This document shows, one piece after another, positions 56,782 through 64,000 of a stretch of 64,000 nt of DNA. A program made the position numbers and the translations under genes. Source of the DNA: Myxococcales bacterium (GTDB taxonomy: Bacteria; Desulfobacterota; Binatia; HRBIN30); the NCBI GenBank assembly GCA_037445065.1, contig JBBILD010000001.1, forward strand, positions 1 through 64,000. The letters are read 5' to 3'. A model generated the notes under the pieces. It had not been told where the DNA came from. It made no database searches and was given only the letters and a program-made list of their open reading frames with translations. Within the stretch, counting starts at the first letter, position 1. Each line of letters starts with the position of its first letter.

Positions 56782-59175
56782 ATGATCGGCGCTAATCGGG
56801 AGAGGGAAGCGCGCGTTGAGCGTTGGATGGTGGGAGTGGGTTGGTTTTTTGCGTGGATCCTTCCTGGCGTGGTCGCGGCACAACTCGCGGATTTGCAGAT
56901 ATGGAAGTCTGACGGCGTCGCCACCGCCGTGCCAGGGCAGCCTATCACATACACGGTTACCGTCACGAATGCTGGACCTGATCCCGCTTTGGGGGCAATC
57001 GTGAGCGATGTCTTTCCCGCCGCTTTGGTGGGGGTGGTCTGGACGTGCTCCGCGTCTCCTGGCTCCAGCTGCACGCCCGTAGGCAGTGGAAACATCAGTG
57101 ACGCCGTTGATGTGTTGGTGGGTGGGACCCTGACTTACACCGTCAATGGGACCATTGACCCGGGAGCGACTGGGTCTATCTCGAACACCGCGACGGTTAC
57201 GGTGCTTGCGCCGGCGACCGACCCCATGCCCTCCAATAACTCCAGTACAGACACCGACCTCCTGACGCCGCAGGCCGACCTAGGCGTTACGAAGACCGAC
57301 TTTTCCTCTTCTGCCGTTCCTGGGACTTGGGTGACCTACACAGTGACGGTGGTGAACAATGGGCCGAGCCACGCCACCGGTGCCCAAGTAATCGACTCCT
57401 TTCCCCCTGAGCTTCAGTCGATCACTTGGACCTGCGCCGCCACTCCGGGATCCTCGTGCTCTTCCTCGGGCTCTGGAAACATCTCGGACACGGTGACCAT
57501 CCGCGCTTCCGGTGCGCTTACGTATTCGATTTCCGCATGGATCGATCCGGCGGCGACGGGCGTGTTAGTCAACTCGGCAAGTGTAAACCCGCCCCCAGGG
57601 GTCTCCGATCCGGGCCCGTCGGCGAATTCAGACACGGACACGACCCTGCTTACGCCGCAGGCAAATTTGGCGGTGAGTAAAACGAATGGTACCAGCTCCG
57701 TAACCGCTGGTCTCACCACGACGTATCAAATCCTAATTACCAATACGGGTCCGAGTGATGCTCCAGGCACAGCGGTGCAAGACTTCTTCCCCTCCGAGAT
57801 CTCTTCTGCGGCTTGGTCATGCGTGGCTGCGGGAGGTGCGAGCTGCACTCCTTCTGGGACTGGGGACATCGACGAGCTTGTCGATTTACCTGCGGGCAGT
57901 TCCGTGTTGTTCACTGTGGTCGCGTCGGTCGACCCGTGTGCATCCGGTTTCGTCACGAACGGCGTGGACGTGGTTCCAGACTTTTCCGTTGTTGATCCTG
58001 ACACCGCGGACAATTCTAGTTCTGACACGGACTCTATCATCCAAACTGCGGATCTGGCTTTGTCCGTGTCCGACTCGCCCGATCCCGTGCTTGTGTGTAA
58101 TTTGCTCAGTTACCAAATCACGGTACGCAACATCGGCCCCTCATGTGCAAGCGGCATCGCTGTCACCAACACCTTGCCTGCAGGAGTCCCGTTTCTCGGC
58201 ACCAGTGGCTCATGCAGTGTTTCGGGGGCTTCCCAGAACTGCTTAGTGAACGATCTCGCGCCGGGCGACGTAAACACCTTCGTGATCCAAGGCTTGGTGG
58301 ACCGTTCCCTACGAGGAGCGGTGGTGGTCGATCAGACCGCGGTTACCTCGGTGACTTCTGACCCGGTAGCGGCAAACAACGCAATCGCCACGACCACCGA
58401 GATTAAACCGCGCGACCCGTACACGATCAGCTTGACTGCTGCGCCGAGATACTTGCGGATTGGGGGGCAAAGCCGGGCCCGTTATCGAGTACGTGTTGCC
58501 AGTTTGTGTGACCCGATGGTGGATTCCGAAGACGTGCTGGTCCGCAGCGTATTGCCTGTCGGATTATCGTTCCGCGGTGCCGAACCGCTGCCTACCTCTT
58601 CAGACGAAGCCGGCGCGGAATTTGAGTTCCCTCTCCTAGCGGGGGGAGAGTCCGTTGATTTGGAAATAGAGGCCGAGCTGAACGAAGACGCGGAGCCGGG
58701 AGCCGAGTTAGTGCACTCGGTTCAGGTAGTAGATTCGCTCGGTCTGGGGGAGACCGCCTCGCAAGTGCTTTACGTTCGCCCGCTCCCAGACGTGCGCGGC
58801 AGGTTAGTGGTAAAGTTAGCCGTACCACGTAAGATTTCGGCTGGCGTGCAACTCCCCTCGCGTCTCGTCGTTGACAACAAGAGTGGGATACCGGCGGAAG
58901 ACGTAGAGGCGATTTTGGTTTTGCCGTCCGAACTCACTTTAGTCTTGGCCGTCCCCCCGCCGAACTTTGAACTCGACTTTGGTGAACTGCGCGAGCTTCA
59001 TTGGAACTTCCCGGCTGTGAAGCGTAAGCAAGTCATTCGATTATGGCACCTTTTGCCCGCTGATTTATTCCCCGGGGAGGTACTGAACTTCGTTGCCGAA
59101 GTTGAGGATTCCGACGGGAACTTGGCGAGCAATCGGCGAGACGTGAGCATCCGAATGCCGCCCCGCGCTCGTTGA
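56782..59175 (+). CDS. Secreted surface protein with tandem DUF11 repeats
   Basis: Signal peptide ending VAA-Q; repeats ADL...YT.TVTN.GP..A.G..V.D.FP...WTC...N.A.V...DP...NNS; two further Ig-like domains. Confidence 0.88.
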   Translation: MIGANREREARVERWMVGVGWFFAWILPGVVAAQLADLQIWKSDGVATAVPGQPITYTVTVTNAGPDPALGAIVSDVFPAALVGVVWTCSASPGSSCTPVGSGNISDAVDVLVGGTLTYTVNGTIDPGATGSISNTATVTVLAPATDPMPSNNSSTDTDLLTPQADLGVTKTDFSSSAVPGTWVTYTVTVVNNGPSHATGAQVIDSFPPELQSITWTCAATPGSSCSSSGSGNISDTVTIRASGALTYSISAWIDPAATGVLVNSASVNPPPGVSDPGPSANSDTDTTLLTPQANLAVSKTNGTSSVTAGLTTTYQILITNTGPSDAPGTAVQDFFPSEISSAAWSCVAAGGASCTPSGTGDIDELVDLPAGSSVLFTVVASVDPCASGFVTNGVDVVPDFSVVDPDTADNSSSDTDSIIQTADLALSVSDSPDPVLVCNLLSYQITVRNIGPSCASGIAVTNTLPAGVPFLGTSGSCSVSGASQNCLVNDLAPGDVNTFVIQGLVDRSLRGAVVVDQTAVTSVTSDPVAANNAIATTTEIKPRDPYTISLTAAPRYLRIGGQSRARYRVRVASLCDPMVDSEDVLVRSVLPVGLSFRGAEPLPTSSDEAGAEFEFPLLAGGESVDLEIEAELNEDAEPGAELVHSVQVVDSLGLGETASQVLYVRPLPDVRGRLVVKLAVPRKISAGVQLPSRLVVDNKSGIPAEDVEAILVLPSELTLVLAVPPPNFELDFGELRELHWNFPAVKRKQVIRLWHLLPADLFPGEVLNFVAEVEDSDGNLASNRRDVSIRMPPRAR

Positions 59176-59269
59176 TCCTTTTGGACGCGTCCGTTCAAGC
59201 AGGCCTTCGGCTTTCCCGAGTGCGGCATACCTTCGGAGTTTGAGCGTTGTCTTGTCAGAAGGTGGGCCG

Positions 59270-59284
59270 TGGCAAGGCAATTGC
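59270..59284 (+). promoter_or_regulatory. Sigma54 (-24/-12) promoter
   Basis: TGGCAA-GGCAA-TTGC matches TGGCAC-N5-TTGC with one mismatch; ends 27 nt before the CBS gene ATG. Confidence 0.7.
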
Positions 59285-59311
59285 GTGTACTCGGAGCATG
59301 AGGACGAGCCG

Positions 59312-59866
59312 ATGCGAGTGAGAGATTGGATGACCCGTAACCCGATCACGGTGCAGGCTAGGGATCCTGTGCGACAGGCCGCCACCTTATTGGCTTCTAG
59401 GCGCGTGAACCAGCTCCCGGTGCTGGCAGGCGACCGCTTGGTCGGCATCATAACCGAGCGGGACATTCGCGAGGCTGTTTTCTGTTTGCTACCGGAGTGG
59501 AACTACGAACACCGAGAGACGTCTGTCCTGGATCTACGCGTGGAAGCAGTCATGACTCCCCACGTGCTCGTGGTGCAAGCTCAAGACGACCTGGTGCGAG
59601 CTGCCCGCCTGATGCGGCGGGAACGCTTGAACGCCCTTCCTGTGATGGATAGGCACCGTTTGGTTGGGATTTTGACCGGTTCAGACCTCGCCGTGGCGTT
59701 GATCAGTCTTTTATCGGCGGAGAGGCAGGCAGGGGGCGAGGGTCTCCGTGACGGAGGGTTCGGGGCACGGCATGACTCAAGGGGCGAAGCAAGCCTAGAA
59801 GGCGCATCATCGGCGGGTTACGCGGAGGAGGCTGGTTGCACCGGTCTTGGAAGAGGAGCTTCATGA
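59312..59866 (+). CDS. CBS-pair domain protein (AcuB-like)
   Basis: VRDWMTRNPITV, LPV...LVGIITERD, VMT, LPV..LVGILT.SD. Confidence 0.9.
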   Translation: MRVRDWMTRNPITVQARDPVRQAATLLASRRVNQLPVLAGDRLVGIITERDIREAVFCLLPEWNYEHRETSVLDLRVEAVMTPHVLVVQAQDDLVRAARLMRRERLNALPVMDRHRLVGILTGSDLAVALISLLSAERQAGGEGLRDGGFGARHDSRGEASLEGASSAGYAEEAGCTGLGRGAS

Positions 59867-59879
59867 CAGGAGGCATTAC

Positions 59880-60092
59880 ATGTCGAGAACCATGGCGGAT
59901 ATCGGTTTGGCCGCGGGAGATGTTTGGCGCTGTTTGGCGGAACATGGTCCAGCATCTGCCGACGTTGTGAAGCGGCGAACGAAGCTGGGTAGTAACGTTT
60001 TTTACGCAGCTGTGGGCTGGTTGGCACGCGAAGACAAATTGACGATCCGTGAAGAAGGTCGGAAATTGATTCTGGAGCTGAAAAACGCCTAA
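59880..60092 (+). CDS. Small winged-helix protein (DUF2582 family)
   Basis: IG..AG.VW..L and AVGWLAREDK signatures; AGGAGG RBS. Confidence 0.88.
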   Translation: MSRTMADIGLAAGDVWRCLAEHGPASADVVKRRTKLGSNVFYAAVGWLAREDKLTIREEGRKLILELKNA

Positions 60093-60113
60093 CCGAGTTT
60101 CGCACGCACCATG

Positions 60114-61436
60114 TTACGGCTTTGCCGCGGGCAGGGATAGAATGAAGGTAGAACCCACCCCGAGGGTGCTCTCGACGGTGAGTTCGCCACCCATGGCCGT
60201 CGCCAGGCGTGCCGAAAGTGCTAGGCCAATTCCGACCCCACCCGCCTGGTGACCCGCTGCCCCCTGCCGGAAAGGTTCAAAAAGATGGGGGAGCTCTTCC
60301 GCACGGATGCCAGGGCCGGTATCGCGGACAAAGATTTGAACTTGGCCGTTATGACCAGTTTGTGCGCTGAGGGTGATCTGACCGCGTTCGGTGAATTTCG
60401 CGGCGTTGGAAAGCAAGTTCAGAAGGATCTGCTCCAGCCGGTGTGGGTCTGCTCGGACAAACAGGTCACCCGCTGGGCTCACCTCGAATCGTACAGGCTT
60501 TCCACTGAGGCGTGGCTCGATAAAGGTCCGCATTTCCTGGAAGATAGGATCGAGGGCAACCCGCGAGGTCTTAATCGCAAGCTTGCCAGCTTCGATTCGC
60601 GACAAATCTAACAAGTCGGCGATCAAAAAGACCAGCGTACGCGACGTCCGCGCGATGCGCTCGACCGCGTCGCGCGCTTCCGCGCTGAGCGGGCCAAACT
60701 CTCCCTCAGCCAACAGGTCTACGTAGCCGGTGATGATGTTTAAAGGCGTGCGCAGTTCGTGCGAGACACTGGCTAAGAATTCGTTTTTCGCGGCGTTTGC
60801 CTGCTGCAAGGCTCGGTTGGCTTGCTCCAAAGCCTCGTTGGAACGTCGTAGTTCGGCCGCCTGCAGATAGAGAGCTTGCCGTTGGTGATCGAGAAAAGCT
60901 GCGCCCAGTACCGTGAGAATGCCTATCGCCACCAGCCCGAGCAGATGCATGCTAGCCGGGACGAGAGGTTGGGCCCCCGCAGCCAACGCCAACCCAAAGC
61001 CGGCGACACCCGCTCCCGAAACGAAACTCTGGGCGCGCCACCCCCAGGGCATCGATACCATCGAACCCACAAGGACGTAGAGGAGCGCGAGCGCCAGCAC
61101 GTCGCCTGTGGAGCGGACGATTATGTGATAAGCGGTGATGCACGCGATCAAGGCTACCGCCGCGACTGTAGCGACCAAGCGCGCATGGTTTTGAAAACGG
61201 TGCGGACGTACCAGCGATCCGGCCGCCGCGAGCACAGCGAGTTCGACGCCGTAGAGAATCGCGTACACCGTATCTCGATCGGGGAATGCACGGTGTTCAA
61301 GAACCCAGGCAAGTCCCAGAACCGCTGCGAACGCCAGAGCTGCAGCCGGAAGTCGCTCCGCGACCCTACGGTTTACGTCAGCCATGTAGGATGCGGTAAG
61401 TTCCGCTTCGGCCCGCACGTGACGTTTATAATCCAT
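60114..61436 (-). CDS. Membrane-bound sensor histidine kinase (orphan)
   Basis: About six TM helices; SHELRTPLN, NLLSNAAKFT, DTGPGI, LFEPF, GIGLA. Confidence 0.93.
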   Translation of the reverse strand: MDYKRHVRAEAELTASYMADVNRRVAERLPAAALAFAAVLGLAWVLEHRAFPDRDTVYAILYGVELAVLAAAGSLVRPHRFQNHARLVATVAAVALIACITAYHIIVRSTGDVLALALLYVLVGSMVSMPWGWRAQSFVSGAGVAGFGLALAAGAQPLVPASMHLLGLVAIGILTVLGAAFLDHQRQALYLQAAELRRSNEALEQANRALQQANAAKNEFLASVSHELRTPLNIITGYVDLLAEGEFGPLSAEARDAVERIARTSRTLVFLIADLLDLSRIEAGKLAIKTSRVALDPIFQEMRTFIEPRLSGKPVRFEVSPAGDLFVRADPHRLEQILLNLLSNAAKFTERGQITLSAQTGHNGQVQIFVRDTGPGIRAEELPHLFEPFRQGAAGHQAGGVGIGLALSARLATAMGGELTVESTLGVGSTFILSLPAAKP

Positions 61437-61491
61437 CGGTTGCGGTGGTGCCAACGGAAGGCAAAGGAAACGGGATGCTTGGAGGCTGCTC

Positions 61492-62379
61492 GTGGTGAGA
61501 TGCGCGCTGATCGTTCATGGGGGAGCGGGTCGAATCAACGAATCAGAAAAGGACGGCATCCTATCGGGCTTGCAGGAAGCGGCGGCGCGCGGTTTCCGTT
61601 TGCTACGTGAAGGGCTGAGCGCGGTCGAAGCGGCGGTGGAGGCTGTGGGATTTCTCGAAGACAATGTCTTGTTCAACGCTGGTCGAGGTTCGGTCGCGAC
61701 GTTCGAGGGTTCGATCGAGATGGATGCGTCAGTGATGGACGGTAAGTCCCTCCGCGCCGGTGCGGTAGCGGGGGTGCGCACCATTCGGCATCCGGCACGC
61801 TTGGCTGCCGCGATCTTGCGGCAAGGTCGGGAGGTATTTCTGGCTGGGGAAGCGGCGGAGCGGTGGGGCAGGGTTTGGGGACTGGAATCCTGGGACCCGA
61901 TTGACCTTGCCGAAGGGGCTCGCACGAACCACGGGCTGGTTCGCAACTCTGTGGGAACGGTTGGCGCCATCGCGATGGATCGGCGAGGCCATTTAGCAGC
62001 GGCGACGTCCACGGGCGGCCGAGCTGGAAAGCGGGAGGGACGGATTGGTGATTCCGCTGTGATCGGGGCGGGTACGTATGCCGATGACGAGTCAGGCGCA
62101 GCTTCGGCTACCGGTTACGGTGAGGCGATCTTGCGGGTTTCTCTGGCCCACTTTGCGGTACGCCAGCTAGAAGCAGGGCGGGCGCCACAGGTTGTGGCCG
62201 AAGAGAGCCTGGCACGACTGGGACGTCTGACTGGGGGGCATGCGGGGCTGATCTTGTTAGACCGACTCGGCCGCTGCGGAGCGGCAACGAACACGGCCCA
62301 TATGCCCGTCGCATGGATGAAGGCGGGCATGGCGTGCCCACAAGCTCGTATGAGTCCATCGTGGGAGATGGTGCGTTAA
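61492..62379 (+). CDS. iaaA: Isoaspartyl peptidase/L-asparaginase (Ntn hydrolase)
   Basis: IVHGGAG, FNAG.GS, EMDASVMDG, G-TVGA autocleavage site, STGG, GR.GDS, TG.GE. Confidence 0.9.
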   Translation: MVRCALIVHGGAGRINESEKDGILSGLQEAAARGFRLLREGLSAVEAAVEAVGFLEDNVLFNAGRGSVATFEGSIEMDASVMDGKSLRAGAVAGVRTIRHPARLAAAILRQGREVFLAGEAAERWGRVWGLESWDPIDLAEGARTNHGLVRNSVGTVGAIAMDRRGHLAAATSTGGRAGKREGRIGDSAVIGAGTYADDESGAASATGYGEAILRVSLAHFAVRQLEAGRAPQVVAEESLARLGRLTGGHAGLILLDRLGRCGAATNTAHMPVAWMKAGMACPQARMSPSWEMVR

Positions 62380-62394
62380 AGGAGCGAAGATCCA

Positions 62395-63165
62395 GTGCCA
62401 GAATTGACGGCAAAGTTCTTTGGCTCAGAAATTCCATGGTGGAGGCTTAGCTGGGGACTGTTGGCGGATGCCTTGGTTGCCGCTTGGACAATCCTTCTCG
62501 CGATCCCTGCAATTGTGTTTACGCTGTTGGCCCGTCGCACCTGGCTCATTGACTTCTTGGCGCCGGTCTGGAGCCGCGGCGTTCTGTGGATTTGCGGTGT
62601 GCGGGTGGAAGTTCAGGGTCTCGAAAACTTGGACCCCCACCGCTCCTACGTTTTGATCGCCAACCACGCGAGCAATTTCGACATTTGGGTGATGCTGGCA
62701 GCGTTACCACTCCGGCTGCGCTTTGTCGCGAAGCAGGAGTTACTGCGGGTTCCGTTTTTCGGAACGGCCCTTGCTCTGAGCGACCACATTGTCATCGATC
62801 GTTCCAATCCGGAGGACGCGGTCCGAAGGATCAATGAGCGGGTGGCGGCACAAGCGCAGCGCGGTAAGCCATTTTGTTTACTTTTTTTTGCGGAAGGTAC
62901 GCGTAGCCCTGACGGGACGATTCTGCCCTTTAAAAAAGGGGGTGTAACGCTGGCGTTGCGTTCTGGGTTGCCAGTGGTTCCTGTGGCAATTAGCGGCACA
63001 CGCAAATTGCTCCCGAAGAATGCGATTCTCATCCGGCCTGGAGGGAAGGTAAAGCTGGTTTTGGCGAAGCCGATCGAAACAACGGGCATGACGTTAGAGG
63101 GTCGTGATGAGTTGAACGAGCGGGTTCGGCAAACGGTGATCGCAAACTACGACCCAGGTTATTGA
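62395..63165 (+). CDS. plsC: 1-acyl-sn-glycerol-3-phosphate acyltransferase
   Basis: NHASNFD, AK.EL, IDR, FAEGTRS, FKKG; AAGGAG RBS. Confidence 0.9.
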   Translation: MPELTAKFFGSEIPWWRLSWGLLADALVAAWTILLAIPAIVFTLLARRTWLIDFLAPVWSRGVLWICGVRVEVQGLENLDPHRSYVLIANHASNFDIWVMLAALPLRLRFVAKQELLRVPFFGTALALSDHIVIDRSNPEDAVRRINERVAAQAQRGKPFCLLFFAEGTRSPDGTILPFKKGGVTLALRSGLPVVPVAISGTRKLLPKNAILIRPGGKVKLVLAKPIETTGMTLEGRDELNERVRQTVIANYDPGY

Positions 63166-63287
63166 TCTATTTCCCACCGCCCTTCGGGGTGACGCCTGGA
63201 GGCGAGGCAATTTCTCTTGCATGCCTGAGTCGTGCGCTGTCACATGGGTCACGGGGCCGGAGTGTTGGGCCAGGATGGGCTTTCATG

Positions 63288-64000
63288 TCACCAATGCGTG
63301 TCGTGTTGCGCCCCGGTTTCGGCCGCAGCAAGAAACGCTTGCGTTTTATCGGCTGGAACACCGAGAAGTTCGCCGATACGAAGGCTTGCCGCCAGCGCGT
63401 AGAGTTCGCTTTGCCCAGCCCAGTCCCTGCGCAACGGAAACGTCGAATTGCTCGCTTTGGCGAGCCAGCCAGAATGCGTGCGGATAAAACATTCGGACCC
63501 GAACCACTGAGCGCTGCGCAGACCATCGAGCGTTCTTAACGCCGGATCGTCGGCACAAGCCAGAATCACTTTCTGCCGGGAGCGCATCCTAGCGCAAAGA
63601 ACTTCAATTTCCTGCAAGAGGAGTCTTACCAACTCTGGGTCCCCAGCAGGAGGATGCGCGACCGGGGTGACGACGGCGAGATCCGGTTCGACAACATCCA
63701 GGAGCGCGCGCATGTCACCAGGAGCAGCGATCCCTAGCTCCAAAATTAAAACATCGCATTTCGTGGGCGAGACTGCACCGAGGATACAGCGCAGCAACGC
63801 TTCGACGCGACCTATGTGATGTATCCGCACGTTTAGGATCGCTAATGGAAGCCCGATTTGGGTATTGTACGAGAGCGGGTTGGACCTCACCTGAAAGTGT
63901 TGCCCAAGGTACCCGGTCAAAGTCCGTTTGACCACGGTTTTCCCCCGGCCACCCGTAATTCCGATAATGATCGGCCTGTGTCGCAGTGCCGCCTTTGTCA
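63288..64000 (-). CDS. MurF-like Mur ligase central-domain protein, 5'-truncated by the window edge
   Basis: Frame open to the edge: RPIIIGITGGRGKT P-loop, SYNTQIGLPL, ILELGIAAPGDM, PDLAVVT; ends without the C-terminal ligase domain. Confidence 0.7.
   Translation of the reverse strand, partial: TKAALRHRPIIIGITGGRGKTVVKRTLTGYLGQHFQVRSNPLSYNTQIGLPLAILNVRIHHIGRVEALLRCILGAVSPTKCDVLILELGIAAPGDMRALLDVVEPDLAVVTPVAHPPAGDPELVRLLLQEIEVLCARMRSRQKVILACADDPALRTLDGLRSAQWFGSECFIRTHSGWLAKASNSTFPLRRDWAGQSELYALAASLRIGELLGVPADKTQAFLAAAETGAQHDTHW

Overview
Gene-dense, GC-rich bacterial chromosomal segment of about 62 protein genes and two tRNAs (Gly-CCC and Phe-GAA, both minus strand, no encoded CCA). I found no integrase, transposase, prophage or CRISPR array. 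The style of the secreted proteins (Cys-flanked dockerin-like C-terminal module, DUF11 repeats, Cys-rich lipoproteins) together with FrhB-like, SCP2, SnoaL and CaiB genes suggests Candidatus Binatia or a related deltaproteobacterial lineage; this is an inference. Recognisable modules: moaB-moaD-moaE, a peptidoglycan-recycling trio (ldcA, serine hydrolase, mpl), a TPR/LolB-like/peptide-ABC operon, ctaA-ctaB-SCO, plsB, plsC, glgP, comEC, rnhB and nth. Most notable observations: (1) a 56-aa zinc-ribbon ORF missing from the ORF track, paired with a divergent DksA/TraR-like zinc-finger gene behind a putative promoter and structured leader next to tRNA-Phe; (2) an FrhB-like Fe-S flavoprotein translationally coupled to a PAS-HisKA-REC protein that has no ATPase domain; (3) a circularly permuted NPP/alkaline-phosphatase-family enzyme; (4) moaD running past its Gly-Gly into moaE, one base away from a MoaX fusion at a G6 tract; (5) a DUF151 nuclease with a lipobox; (6) secreted proteases with dockerin-like or unrecognised duplicated C-terminal modules. 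All calls come from reading motifs by eye; no database searches were run, and many start codons are best estimates.
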